NCBI GenBank assembly: GCA_017456005.1
Contig: JAFTLJ010000037.1
Location: 7,808-71,807, forward strand
Length of the DNA: 64,000 nt
Source: Clostridia bacterium
GTDB taxonomy: Bacteria; Bacillota; Clostridia; Oscillospirales; CAG-272
Reading direction: 5' to 3'
The notes beneath the pieces were generated by a model that was given only the letters and a program-made list of their open reading frames with translations, did no database searches and was not told the DNA's origin. A program made the position numbers and the translations under genes. Of the stretch, positions 53,893 to 64,000 are shown piece by piece; the stretch's first letter is position 1, and each line of letters opens with the position of its first letter.

Positions 53893-55413
53893 ATGAAAAA
53901 GCTGCTTGGTAAAATTTTAAACCGCAAAGTCATTACTATGCTGGTTATAGCCATTCAGATGGCGTGGGGAGTGGGGCTCGTGTTCAGCACGGCGCTCATT
54001 TTCCCCGTGCTAAATACTTTTTTCTATGCGATAGGGCTTTGCGTTGTTATTTATATTATAAACAGGGAAAGCAACCCTGCCTATAAAATAGCGTGGATCG
54101 TTCCCATAACTGTTTTTCCGCTTTTCGGCGTGCTTATATATTTGCTATATGCCAACAAGCGCCCAAGCAAATATTTGCGCAAAAGGTTTGAAAAAACAGA
54201 GGAGCTTGTAACAGAGAACCTTAAGCAGGAGCAGGGCGTGCTCGATTCCATGCCCTCGCGCGATGCCACGCGCGCACGCTACCTTTCCGATATGGGTTAC
54301 CCCGTTTGCGGCAGTACGGAGGCGCGCTATTTTGCCTCCGGAGAGGAAATGTTCCCGTATATTTTGGCGGAGCTTGAAAAAGCGGAGCATTTTATCTTCC
54401 TTGAATATTTTATAATAGAGGAAGGGGAGGTTTGGAACTCCATGCTCGAAATTCTCGCGCGCAAAGCGGCGGCGGGCGTGGACGTGCGCGTGATATACGA
54501 CGATATGGGCTGTGTTGGAAAGCTGCCCACGGGATACAACTTCAAGCTGGAGTCTATGGGCATAAAATGCACGGCGTTCAACCCGTTTGTGCCGTTTATA
54601 AGCGTGGTTATGAACAACCGCGACCATAGAAAGATACTGGTGGTAGACGGCCACACGTCGTTTACGGGAGGTATAAACCTCGCGGATGAATATATGAACA
54701 TAAAAAGCCCCTTCGGATACTGGAAGGATACCGCCGTTATGCTTCACGGCAAGGCTACGTGGAACCTTACTTATATGTTCCTGCAAATGTGGGACGTTTT
54801 GCGCGGCACAAAGGAAGATTTCGATATATACCGCCCCGAAAGATACCACGTGGAAAGCTTTACGGGCAAGGGCTTTGTTCAGCCGTTCAGCGATAACCCC
54901 CTGGACGACGAGGCTATTTCCCAAAACGTGTACGTGGATATAATTTCCCAGGCGGAAAAGTACGTGTACATCTGCACACCGTACCTTGTGCCCGACGACG
55001 AGATGAAAAATGCACTTATACGCGCGGCGAAGCGCGGCGTGGACGTGCGCCTGATCACCCCCGGCATACCCGACAAAAAAATGATATACCGCCTTACGCG
55101 CTCCTATTACCCCACGCTTCTCGAAGCGGGCGTGAAGATATACGAGTATACGCCGGGCTTTGTTCACGCAAAATCCATCGTCTGCGACGACAGAATAACG
55201 GTTGTAGGCACGATAAATATGGATTTTCGCAGCCTGTACCTGCATTTTGAATGCGGCGTGCTTATGACGGGCACGGGTATTGCACACACCGTGCGCGACG
55301 ATAACCTCGCTATGATGGAAAAATGCAGAGTGGTGCAAAAGGGCTTTCCCAAGCGCACGCTTGTGGGCAGAATAATAGATTCCATTTTGCGCACGTTTGC
55401 ACCGATGGTGTAA
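53893..55413 (+). CDS. cls: cardiolipin synthase
   Basis: Two N-terminal TM helices. Two HKD motifs (HRKILVVDG and HAKSIVCDD). Confidence 0.92.
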   Translation: MKKLLGKILNRKVITMLVIAIQMAWGVGLVFSTALIFPVLNTFFYAIGLCVVIYIINRESNPAYKIAWIVPITVFPLFGVLIYLLYANKRPSKYLRKRFEKTEELVTENLKQEQGVLDSMPSRDATRARYLSDMGYPVCGSTEARYFASGEEMFPYILAELEKAEHFIFLEYFIIEEGEVWNSMLEILARKAAAGVDVRVIYDDMGCVGKLPTGYNFKLESMGIKCTAFNPFVPFISVVMNNRDHRKILVVDGHTSFTGGINLADEYMNIKSPFGYWKDTAVMLHGKATWNLTYMFLQMWDVLRGTKEDFDIYRPERYHVESFTGKGFVQPFSDNPLDDEAISQNVYVDIISQAEKYVYICTPYLVPDDEMKNALIRAAKRGVDVRLITPGIPDKKMIYRLTRSYYPTLLEAGVKIYEYTPGFVHAKSIVCDDRITVVGTINMDFRSLYLHFECGVLMTGTGIAHTVRDDNLAMMEKCRVVQKGFPKRTLVGRIIDSILRTFAPMV

Positions 55414-55555
55414 AATAAGTTCTATATCGAAAGCCGGAGAAAACAACAGACGGTAAAAAAAGATGAGCATATCTTAAAAATCCGCTCGAATGAAGTTATC
55501 AAACAAACATTCGCAGTAGTTTAAGATATGCTCAATTTGTATTATTTAGGGAATA

Positions 55556-56188
55556 TTATTGTTCTTCTTCCAATATCCAGAATTCCAAGTAATGCGTTTT
55601 TCCGTCCAAAAGCGGAATTACCAATCTGTAGGCTCCGGGGGTGAATTCATAAGTAGCTTTTAAATTTTCTTGTAAATAGATTTTACCTGCTCTTTCGTTT
55701 TCGGCAACGGTATCCAACGCGTCTTCTTCTGTCATAAAAGGAATACGCACCCAAGCAGGAAGAGAAGTGGAGCTTGCGCCACCGAGAACTATGTTAACAG
55801 GGGGGTTATCAATATCGTATATGTAGGAATAAAATTTTTCAATAAACATTAGCGAATAGAGAGCGGGGTCGCCCGTTTTGTTTACTATGTCGATTTCGAG
55901 ATATTCGGGAACTTCATAAAATCTATCTTCCGCTAAAGAGAGCTCATAATCAAATTTAAATACGGTTGTAGGGTCAATCAAAGAGCCGCCGCTGTAATAA
56001 TCGGCTGTAAAATTCCAAGGTTCGTCGGCGCGGGGTTGCCACTGCTCTGTGGCAGGAGCGTTGCAATTACATTCGGGATTGCCGCAGGAGGTACTGCTAT
56101 TGCCGCAAGAGCAAAGAAAGCAAGAAAAAACAAGAATCATACAAAATGCCAAAAAAACGGATGTAAATCGTTTTATAATAGTTTTCAT
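55556..56188 (-). CDS. lipoprotein, unknown function
   Basis: GGAGG SD. Lipobox FLCSC|GN and a Cys-rich stretch CGNPECNC. AT-rich. Confidence 0.72.
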   Translation of the reverse strand: MKTIIKRFTSVFLAFCMILVFSCFLCSCGNSSTSCGNPECNCNAPATEQWQPRADEPWNFTADYYSGGSLIDPTTVFKFDYELSLAEDRFYEVPEYLEIDIVNKTGDPALYSLMFIEKFYSYIYDIDNPPVNIVLGGASSTSLPAWVRIPFMTEEDALDTVAENERAGKIYLQENLKATYEFTPGAYRLVIPLLDGKTHYLEFWILEEEQ

Positions 56189-56407
56189 TTTTATTAAACC
56201 TCCGAATATTTTTAAATTTGATTTTTTGTGATTTGCATATTAGAAATTCATCGGTATCACACCATAAATTATTTATATCATTAAGTATATACCTGATTAG
56301 AGAAAATGTCAATGCTTGGTAAAAAAATAAAATTTTGTTAATAATTTCCTGTTTTTTGTTCAAATATTTGCGTGTTGTATAATATGATAACTTTGATATG
56401 TTATAAC

Positions 56408-56440
56408 AAAAGAGCAGAACTTCAAAAGTTCTGCTCTTTT
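56408..56440 (-). terminator. rho-independent terminator after pepF
   Basis: AAAAGAGCAGAAC-TTCAAAA-GTTCTGCTCTTTT hairpin. Confidence 0.85.
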
Positions 56441-56444
56441 TACA

Positions 56445-58133
56445 TTAAATCTGATGTTTCTTAAGCCAGATTTTAAGTTTTTCTGCTATGCTTGCTATAG
56501 CGCCTTCGCCGTAGGGAAGCTCGAGCTCGGCGCTCTTTACAATACCCTCGAACGTGTCGGTGCCCGCTTTATCCACAAAAGCGAGGTATTTTGCCCACGC
56601 GAGCGCACGGTCTTCATTTGCCAAAAGGAAAATTTCCAGCGAGATAGTCTGCGCCATGCAGTAGTCTATATAATAGAAAGGATACATAAAGATGTGCAGC
56701 TGCCTCTGCCAGCCCGCACCGCGAGAGTAGAAGGGCAGAGCATCGAAATCTATATACGGGCGGTATTTTGCTTCCAGCGAGAGCCAAACTTCGTTTCTTT
56801 CCTCGGGCGTGAGCTCGGGGCGCTCGTACATAATATGCTGAAATTCATCTACCATACAGCCGTAGGGTATAAATATCATAGCGTCCTCTACCTGATAGAG
56901 CGAGTATTTTGCCGTGTCTTCGCCGAAGAAAAGATGGTGGTAGGGAGAAGTGAGAAATTCCATAGACATAGAGTGGCATTCGCACGTTTCCATGGTGGGG
57001 TTCTGCAGGTCGTGGGGGATGCCTGCGCGCATAGCGCGGTATGCAGCGAAGGCGTGGCCCATTTCGTGCGTGAGCACGTCCACGTCACCGCTCGTACCGT
57101 TGAAGTTGGAGAAAACGAAGGGCGCTTTGTAATCGGCTATTTCCGTGCAGTAGCCGCCGGGTGCTTTGCCGTCTTTTGCGAGCACGTCGAAAAATTCGCC
57201 GTCATACATAAAATCTATAAATTCGCGCGTTTCCTCGGAAAGTCCGTGGTACATTTCCTTGCCTGCGGCGAGAATATCTTCGCTCGTGCCGTGGGGCTTT
57301 GCGTTGCCGTCCGGGAACATAAAAATATCGTCGTAAAGCTTGAGCTTGTCTACACCTATGCGGTTTTTCTGCGTTTGCTTTATGCCTGCCACGACGGGCA
57401 CCATATCGCGCGCAATCTGCTCGCGGAAGGCTTTCACCTTTGCGCTGTTGTAGCAGTTTCTGCCCAAGCGGTCGTATGCAAGCTCTACAAAGCTTTCATA
57501 TCCGAGCGTTTTTGCAATTTCTGTGCGGATGCTTACAAGCTCTGCGAAAATTCTGTCGAAATCTTCGCGTCTTGTGTCAAAAGCTTTGCCCTCTGCCTCG
57601 TATGCCTTTCTGCGCACCGTGCGGTCCTTGCTCTGCTTGTACGGGCCGAGCTTCGGAATGGGCAGCGTTTCGCCGCCAAACTCTGCCGTGGTGGTGGCGT
57701 AGAGCTTCTGGTACTCCGTAGTGAGCGTGTTTTCTTTTTGGAGCAAGGGGATTATTTCGGGGGAGAAGGTTTTTTTGTCTATCTCCATATTTATGAAGAT
57801 GAGCGAGCCGAGTGCCGATTCCAGCTCCGCACGGAAGCGGGAGGAAAGCACGGCGTTCATAAACTCCTGCGCCTTTTCTTCGAGAAGCGGACCGTTTTCA
57901 TCGAAGAAATCGTTTTCCTTTTCGTAGAATTCGTCGCGCGTGTCTATGGTGTGGCGAATGGAGGCGATCGTCGCCTGCGTGGAAAATGCGGAAAGAACAG
58001 CCTCTTTTTCCTTTATTATATCGAGCTGTTCAGCGGCGCTTTCCGCCTTTTTAATCTTTTCTGTAAGAAGCGAAAGCTTTTCGCATACCGCCGCTATATC
58101 GGGGCGTGAATAGGGAAGTTCTGTGAATTTCAT
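56445..58133 (-). CDS. pepF: M3B oligoendopeptidase F
   Basis: HEMGHAF zinc motif; the length and overall layout fit PepF. Confidence 0.9.
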   Translation of the reverse strand: MKFTELPYSRPDIAAVCEKLSLLTEKIKKAESAAEQLDIIKEKEAVLSAFSTQATIASIRHTIDTRDEFYEKENDFFDENGPLLEEKAQEFMNAVLSSRFRAELESALGSLIFINMEIDKKTFSPEIIPLLQKENTLTTEYQKLYATTTAEFGGETLPIPKLGPYKQSKDRTVRRKAYEAEGKAFDTRREDFDRIFAELVSIRTEIAKTLGYESFVELAYDRLGRNCYNSAKVKAFREQIARDMVPVVAGIKQTQKNRIGVDKLKLYDDIFMFPDGNAKPHGTSEDILAAGKEMYHGLSEETREFIDFMYDGEFFDVLAKDGKAPGGYCTEIADYKAPFVFSNFNGTSGDVDVLTHEMGHAFAAYRAMRAGIPHDLQNPTMETCECHSMSMEFLTSPYHHLFFGEDTAKYSLYQVEDAMIFIPYGCMVDEFQHIMYERPELTPEERNEVWLSLEAKYRPYIDFDALPFYSRGAGWQRQLHIFMYPFYYIDYCMAQTISLEIFLLANEDRALAWAKYLAFVDKAGTDTFEGIVKSAELELPYGEGAIASIAEKLKIWLKKHQI

Positions 58134-58343
58134 ATATGAAATCTCCTTTTTCGGGGTGAAAAAATTTATTACAAAACCATTCTACCACCTTTGCGCGAAA
58201 AATAACAGAGTATTTTGTTAAAATTTGTGAAGAATTTTTGAACACTTGCTTTTTTTGTTTATGCAAAATTGCAAAAAAAATACCCAAATTATTGACTTTT
58301 TGTAAAATTTGACTTAAAAAGCGCCAAAACTTTCGCCGAGGTG

Positions 58344-58372
58344 TAGACAAATCAATTTTTGCGGTATATAAT
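58344..58372 (+). promoter_or_regulatory. sigma-A type promoter of the ABC-2 operon
   Basis: TAGACA (58344-58349), 17 nt, TATAAT (58367-58372). Confidence 0.5.
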
Positions 58373-58484
58373 AGATATGTTATTTTGGCATTTTATATTT
58401 TGTGAAATCAAATAGTAAAACTCGCTGCTTTCGCGAGTTTATAGAATGATAAAATAAAAATAAAGAATGGGAGGCTCTCTCTGA

Positions 58485-59465
58485 ATGATAAAAGTAGAAC
58501 ATCTTGTAAAAAAATACGGAGAAAGATATGCCGTAAACGACATAAGCTTCGAAGTAAGAAAGGGTGAGATAGTCGGCTTCCTCGGCCCTAACGGTGCAGG
58601 TAAAACGACAACGCTCAATATTCTCACAGGTTACCTTTCCTCCACTTCCGGTAAAGCTATGGTAGACGGGCTTGATATTCTCGAACACCCCATGGAAGTT
58701 AAAAAGAAAATAGGCTTCCTTCCCGAACAGCCGCCGCTCTACCTCGATATGACGGTGCGCGAATACCTCAATTTTATTTATGACCTTCGCAAATGCAAGC
58801 TCAACAGACGCGAGCATATAAATGAGATCTTAAAGGTCGTTAAGCTCGAGGGCACGGAAAACCGTATGATCAAAAACCTTTCCAAGGGTTACCGCCAGCG
58901 TACGGGTATCGCGGGCGCTATCGTGGGCAACCCCGAGGTTATTATCTTCGACGAACCCACGAACGGTCTTGACCCGAAGCAGATAATCGACATACGCAAC
59001 CTTATAAAGGAGCTTGGCAAGGATCACACCGTTATTCTCAGCACACATATCCTTTCCGAGGTTAAATCCATTTGCGACCGTATACTTATTATAAACGACG
59101 GCAAAATAGTTGCCGACCAGATAACGGGCGATATAAACAAGGAATTCCACGGCAACAAGCGCCTTTCCGTGCGCATAGAAGGCCCCAGCGCCGCTGTGCT
59201 TGCGGAGATCAAGCGTATTCCCGGTGTGGTATACGCAAGAGTGGGCGCGGAATATGCAGACGGCTCTGCTTCCTTCCTTCTCGAAAGCAAAAACGAGGTT
59301 GATATCCGCAAGCCGCTTTTCTACATGCTTGCCAAAAACTCCTGGCCGATACTCGCGCTTGAATTCCCGGGCGCAAGCCTTGAGGACGTGTTCATCTCTG
59401 TTGTAGACGACACGGAAAAGCTCGAAAACGTGAAAGAAAACAAAAAAGGGGGCAATAGAAAATGA
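58485..59465 (+). CDS. ABC-2 type transporter ATP-binding protein (GldA-like)
   Basis: GPNGAGKTT, LSKGYRQR and IIFDEPTNGLD motifs, plus a C-terminal accessory domain. Confidence 0.92.
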   Translation: MIKVEHLVKKYGERYAVNDISFEVRKGEIVGFLGPNGAGKTTTLNILTGYLSSTSGKAMVDGLDILEHPMEVKKKIGFLPEQPPLYLDMTVREYLNFIYDLRKCKLNRREHINEILKVVKLEGTENRMIKNLSKGYRQRTGIAGAIVGNPEVIIFDEPTNGLDPKQIIDIRNLIKELGKDHTVILSTHILSEVKSICDRILIINDGKIVADQITGDINKEFHGNKRLSVRIEGPSAAVLAEIKRIPGVVYARVGAEYADGSASFLLESKNEVDIRKPLFYMLAKNSWPILALEFPGASLEDVFISVVDDTEKLENVKENKKGGNRK

Positions 59466-60172
59466 TAGCTATTTATAAACGCGAAATGCGCTCTTATTTC
59501 ACATCATCCATCGGTTATATTTTCGTGGCGCTCTTTATGGCTGTAAGCGCTTGGTTCTTTATGTCCTATACGCTTCAGGCAGGCGAAAAATCCAATTTCG
59601 GCACGTATTTCCAGATGATACTCGTGCTCTTCGTTGCAATACTTCCGCTTCTCACGATGAAGCTGATGAGCGAAGAAAGAAAGCTTAAAACAGAACAGCT
59701 TATACTCACAGGGCCCGTGACGCTTGCAGGGCTCGTAATGGCAAAATTCCTCGCCGCGTTTTCTGTTTTCGGCGGCGCATTCCTGCTTTCTTCCTTTATT
59801 TATTATATTCCCCTTGCGCTCTACGGCAACCCCAGCCCCGTTATATACTTCTGCTGTGTTCTCGCCGTTCTTCTCGGCGGTGCGGCTTTTATAGCTATGG
59901 GCGTTTTCGTTTCCGCGCTTACGGAAAACCAGTTTATCGCCGCTTTCGGTACGATGGCGATGATAATCCCCTTCCTTTTCGCAAGCTCTCTTAACACATA
60001 TATCAACAACGAATTTGTTCGCGCAATACTTTCCGGCATATCCATAACGGCACGTTACGCATCTTTCGCCGCAGGTATTTTCGACTGGGCAGCACTGCTT
60101 TACTACTTCTCTCTTTGCGGAGTGTTCCTTTTCCTCACCGTAAGAGTGCTCGAAAAGCGCCGTTGGTCTTGA
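59462..60172 (+). CDS. ABC-2 type transporter permease (GldF-like)
   Basis: MIAIYKREMRSYFTS N-terminus is typical of this family. 6 TM. 4-nt overlap with the ATPase gene. Confidence 0.88.
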   Translation: MIAIYKREMRSYFTSSIGYIFVALFMAVSAWFFMSYTLQAGEKSNFGTYFQMILVLFVAILPLLTMKLMSEERKLKTEQLILTGPVTLAGLVMAKFLAAFSVFGGAFLLSSFIYYIPLALYGNPSPVIYFCCVLAVLLGGAAFIAMGVFVSALTENQFIAAFGTMAMIIPFLFASSLNTYINNEFVRAILSGISITARYASFAAGIFDWAALLYYFSLCGVFLFLTVRVLEKRRWS

Positions 60173-60191
60173 TAACACGGAGGAAGATACA

Positions 60192-61778
60192 ATGAAAAAA
60201 ATGAATGTAAATAAAAGAAATCTTAAATACGGCGGATTTGCCGTTGTGCTCACAGCACTTATTATAGTGGCGGTTATTTTGCTCAATGCGGCGGTTACTG
60301 CCCTTGGAAGTGCGTTTTCCTGGTACATTGACCTTACGGGTTCTTCCGTTTACTCTGTTTCCGATGAATTTTATGATCACGTAGACGAGCTTATGGACGT
60401 GAACTCCGATAACGACCCCGAAAACGACCTTTACCTTAACATAGTTTTGCTTATGGAAAAGGATGCTTTCCGCGATTACAACGCATATACTTACTATGTT
60501 TATCATACTATAAATCAGATAACGGCAAATTGCGAATATATCAATCTGGAGTATATAAACTCCATACAGAACCCCGAGCTCGTGCAGGACAGATATATGA
60601 AGATCTCGGGCGATACCCCCGCTATAACCGACGTTATCGTTGAAATTGCCGAAAAAGGGGAGGACGGCGAGTTTGTTTCCAGAAGCGACCTCGGCTTCAA
60701 AAAACACGCAATAAACTCCTTCTATATGGCAGACAGCGAAAGCAACAGCATCATAGGCTACAATGCGGAAACAAAGTTTCTTTCCGCTATAGCTCAGCTC
60801 GCCGGCAAGGTTGGCGAAGAAACGTCCCCTACGGTATATTACCTCCAGGGCCACAGCGAGCCCACGCTTGACGAAGCAGACGATTGGAAAAAGCTTTTCG
60901 AAGATGCAGGTTATATTGTGAAAGAAACCAACCTTCTCAGCGAAGATTTCCCCGAGAAGATAACAAAAGGCAGCCTTGTGTTTATAAACTGCCCCAAAAC
61001 AGACCTTTCCGCATCTACTTCCAGCGGCGTGAGCGAAATTAAAAAGCTCCGTGCATTTGCCGCAACAAGCTACGGCAACGTTATAGTAACGCTCGATTCC
61101 TCCTCCACTGCGGCAAGCCTTCCCACGCTCGACGCGCTTATGAGCGAATGGGGCGTAGGTATAGGCGGCGGTATTACAGACGATGAGCATTCCGTTTCCG
61201 GCTCCGGTGCTGTAAGAGTGCTTGCAGACTACAGCCTTACAAAAACATCTATTGCAAAGTCCATTATCAATAAAGCCACAGGCACAAACGAAAACCGTGC
61301 CCCCACGCTTTTCACAAATCCCCGTGCTATTTTGGTTTACGATAACTCCAAAATAGTTTCCCCCACGAACTCCGCTGCCGCTTGTGAGGTGCTTCTTGCG
61401 CCCTATTCCTCGGCAAAGGTTTCCGGCACTACCCCCGCAAACGCACAGGTTGCGCTTGCATCTATCACTCGTATTATCGCTAACGTAAGCGAGCCCGAAG
61501 ATACAACACATTACGTTATGTGCATCGGCTCTTCCGATTTTGTAGACCCCGAGCTCGACAAAACGAACTACAACAAAATGCTCGTATATCAGGCACTCTA
61601 CGTAATGTGGTCCGGCGCAATGACATTTGACGATATTACCTATAAAAAGTTTGATGATAACGCGCTCACCGTTACAACAGAGCAGACGAATGCGTGGACT
61701 ATAGCCTGCGTAGCCGTTATTCCCGCTGCGTTTATAATTGCGGGCACAGTTGTTTGGGTAAGGAGACGTCATTCATAA
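60192..61778 (+). CDS. GldG-family ABC transporter auxiliary protein
   Basis: N- and C-terminal TM anchors. Large external domain with VYYLQGHSEP, resembling the GldG VYFLxGHGE motif. Confidence 0.8.
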   Translation: MKKMNVNKRNLKYGGFAVVLTALIIVAVILLNAAVTALGSAFSWYIDLTGSSVYSVSDEFYDHVDELMDVNSDNDPENDLYLNIVLLMEKDAFRDYNAYTYYVYHTINQITANCEYINLEYINSIQNPELVQDRYMKISGDTPAITDVIVEIAEKGEDGEFVSRSDLGFKKHAINSFYMADSESNSIIGYNAETKFLSAIAQLAGKVGEETSPTVYYLQGHSEPTLDEADDWKKLFEDAGYIVKETNLLSEDFPEKITKGSLVFINCPKTDLSASTSSGVSEIKKLRAFAATSYGNVIVTLDSSSTAASLPTLDALMSEWGVGIGGGITDDEHSVSGSGAVRVLADYSLTKTSIAKSIINKATGTNENRAPTLFTNPRAILVYDNSKIVSPTNSAAACEVLLAPYSSAKVSGTTPANAQVALASITRIIANVSEPEDTTHYVMCIGSSDFVDPELDKTNYNKMLVYQALYVMWSGAMTFDDITYKKFDDNALTVTTEQTNAWTIACVAVIPAAFIIAGTVVWVRRRHS

Positions 61779-63958
61779 TGAAAAAAAACAAAACTATGGC
61801 AAATAACGGTCCTGCGGGCGAAGCAAAAGCCACAAAGACCACTTTGCAGAAGCAGGGGATATTTATCTGCGTGGCTTCTGCGCTCGTTGCGCTGTTTTTG
61901 ATATTCTATTTTGCGGTGTTGCCGCATATTCAGAAGCAGACGGCAACCGTAACGTACACCTACGAGGGTGAATATTACGACGGCACTACGCTTTATCTCA
62001 TAAAGCCTATCTACCGTATATCTATACAGAAAATAACTGTTAAGAACAGCGAGGGTACGTATGTTCTTAACGCGCAGGGCAGCGGCGCGGGCAAGACCTT
62101 CACGCTGGAAGGTGCCCCCGAAACCGTACTGGATGAATATTCCGTTGCGGGCGTTGTAGTTGCGGCGGGACAGCCAATAGCTGCCCCTGCAGACAGCAAG
62201 ACCTTCCGTGCACATGAAAAAGCTACGGAAAAGGACCTTGCGAGATACGGTCTTGACGCCGCAAGCGACCCCAGCTGGTACGAGCTTGCTTGCACCGACG
62301 GCACAACGTACAAGGTGTACCTCGGCAACAAGCTTCCCACAGGCTCCGGCTGCTACGCTTATGTAGAGGGCGAAGACAGAATGAACACCTACGTAGACGA
62401 AGACGGAACAGAGAAAAAAGGCTATATAGTATATGCGCTCGATTCTACGACATACAAAGCGCTCAGCTACGGCAAAACGGCGCTCGTTAACACGAGCATC
62501 GGCACCGCTATGGGCAACGGCGTATACTATACGGAAAAGTTTGAAATATACAGATACGAAAACGGCGAAAGAAAAATTGCCGTGAATATCGTTAAAAACG
62601 AAAATGCCTCCAATACGGGCGCAGACAGCTTTAAAATAGTTTACCCCGGCGGCTATAATATAAACTCCGATGTGTTTAATCAGAACGTGCTTTCCACAAT
62701 GGTATCCTTCGCGGCAGAAAGCGTTGTGGCTCTCGGCGACGAGATATATTCCAAGGAAGTTTATGAAAAATACGGACTTGACCTAGACCGCGAAAAGCTG
62801 GAAAACGGTACGGATACGAACGATACGAAGTTCTATATAAAGGCGATAGATTCTTCGAGCAAGAAAGTGGAGATAACGCTTTATATAAGCAAGGTCCAGC
62901 TTCTCGAAGACGGCACATCTTGCTACTATGCATACGTTCCCGAACAGCACGAAATAGTAAAGCTTTCTGCGGACACATATGAATGGTTCTCTTGGGATTT
63001 CGGCGAATACGTTAACCTGCGTATGTTCTTTGAATATATCGGCTCGCTCGATTATTTCACGGTTCTTTCCGCAAAGGACGATCTCGACGTTCGCTTCACT
63101 CTTTCCGGCAACCCCTACAACTACCACGTTGCAGTTACGGATTCCACAGGCAAGACCACTCTCGTAGACCCCGAGACGGGCGAGGAGATAGTTTTCGACG
63201 TGGAATGGGACGACACGGTGGTAAACCCCGAGTTCAAGGGCAGCTTTGAAAACTTCCGTGCGCTCTATTACGTTCTTATCACCCGTATGCTCGATGGCAG
63301 CGAAGAACCGCGCAAGGTAGATGAAAACGAAAAGCCCGTTCTTTCCATTACCGTTCAGTCTATCACGCGCGACAGAAACCTTCAGTATTACCTCTATGAC
63401 GATAACGGCGAATATATTCGCGATGAAAACGGCAAGGCACAGGTCGTAACGTACCAGGGCGGCTACGTTCTCGTTAAGAACCTCAAGGGTAAAACGAAAG
63501 ATGGCTATATGCTCACGTACGAAGAAGCGTACTACGATGAAAAAACAGGCAAATATTTCGTGAAGACAGAGGATACGGCAGACGGCAACGAAAAGCCCAG
63601 AAGCTTTACGCATAAGGACGGAATAGTTATTCCTACCTACCTCACTCTTACGGATATAACCGCAGAATATACTTTGGTAAATTACGAATATAAATTCTAT
63701 GATCTCTACGATGAATTTACCGATGAAAGCGGAAACGTTACCAAAAAGCTCAACCAGACGTATATGCTCGTTGTTCCCACAACGACCACAAGCGTATGGC
63801 GCATAGAAACAGACGGGACGAAAACGCTTGTAAGCGAAGAAGTTTCCGAAAACGACGGAAAAGGCTTCTATATCCGTACTGCTTCTGTAGATAAGCTCGT
63901 TTCCGATACAGGCAAGGCGCTTGCAGGCATCGAGATCGACGAATGGGGCGTAAACTGA
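61778..63958 (+). CDS. large N-terminally anchored protein, probably DUF4340 family
   Basis: ATG at 61778 overlaps the gldG-like stop (TAATG). TM IFICVASALVALFLIFYF, then ~680 aa of beta-rich extracytoplasmic sequence. The position after gldG is typical for DUF4340. Confidence 0.7.
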   Translation: MKKNKTMANNGPAGEAKATKTTLQKQGIFICVASALVALFLIFYFAVLPHIQKQTATVTYTYEGEYYDGTTLYLIKPIYRISIQKITVKNSEGTYVLNAQGSGAGKTFTLEGAPETVLDEYSVAGVVVAAGQPIAAPADSKTFRAHEKATEKDLARYGLDAASDPSWYELACTDGTTYKVYLGNKLPTGSGCYAYVEGEDRMNTYVDEDGTEKKGYIVYALDSTTYKALSYGKTALVNTSIGTAMGNGVYYTEKFEIYRYENGERKIAVNIVKNENASNTGADSFKIVYPGGYNINSDVFNQNVLSTMVSFAAESVVALGDEIYSKEVYEKYGLDLDREKLENGTDTNDTKFYIKAIDSSSKKVEITLYISKVQLLEDGTSCYYAYVPEQHEIVKLSADTYEWFSWDFGEYVNLRMFFEYIGSLDYFTVLSAKDDLDVRFTLSGNPYNYHVAVTDSTGKTTLVDPETGEEIVFDVEWDDTVVNPEFKGSFENFRALYYVLITRMLDGSEEPRKVDENEKPVLSITVQSITRDRNLQYYLYDDNGEYIRDENGKAQVVTYQGGYVLVKNLKGKTKDGYMLTYEEAYYDEKTGKYFVKTEDTADGNEKPRSFTHKDGIVIPTYLTLTDITAEYTLVNYEYKFYDLYDEFTDESGNVTKKLNQTYMLVVPTTTTSVWRIETDGTKTLVSEEVSENDGKGFYIRTASVDKLVSDTGKALAGIEIDEWGVN

Positions 63959-64000
63959 TTTTTGGCACAGAAAGTGTAGGGATCGTATGGGTAAAAGAGA

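Noticed and set aside
63970-64000. GTGTAGGGATCG at the window end as a third, inverted REP-like copy, and a possible gene start ATGGGTAAAAGAGA at 63987.
   Set aside because: Only ~11 nt match the REP consensus and the hairpin partner would lie outside the window. The ORF is too short to evaluate.

Overview
Chromosomal window from a Firmicutes/Clostridia-type genome, judged from Shine-Dalgarno-led genes, lipoboxes, a T-box leader and Bacillus-like gene order. Most of it is housekeeping. It holds pheT, rny, a purine permease/PRTase pair, and the conserved 'ylo' cluster on the minus strand (yicC-remA-gmk-rpoZ-priA-def-fmt-rsmB-rlmN-PP2C-STK-rsgA). It also holds mgtE, htrA-like, polA, trmK-nif3-cls, pepF, an orphan EF-G paralog, two ABC exporter genes with MarR, and a T-box-controlled COG2984-type ABC importer. 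Accessory content is as follows. (1) An ECF sigma factor is translationally coupled to a membrane-anchored serpin, a candidate protease-sensing sigma/anti-sigma pair and my top hunt candidate. (2) A family of palindrome-rich ~450-500 bp interspersed elements has two full copies and one clear 5' fragment, plus degenerate pieces around mgtE. (3) A 27-nt REP-like GTAG-hairpin occurs twice, and two tandem heptanucleotide arrays are present. (4) A dense AATATCACT direct-repeat array abuts a promoter and long leader of an AT-rich orphan membrane gene. (5) An AT-rich islet encodes a 57-aa secreted CxxC peptide (missing from the ORF track) plus two lipoproteins. (6) Three tandem LamG-domain genes are present; two carry esterase domains and one of those lacks a signal peptide. 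(7) A tandemly duplicated XRE repressor pair faces a small gene through a promoter carrying three palindromic operators. (8) A GldA/F/G-like ABC-2 module is followed by a large DUF4340-like protein. (9) pepV is interrupted by a single in-frame TAA. No rRNA, tRNA, CRISPR array or transposase gene was seen. All homology calls come from motif recognition by eye; nothing was searched against a database.
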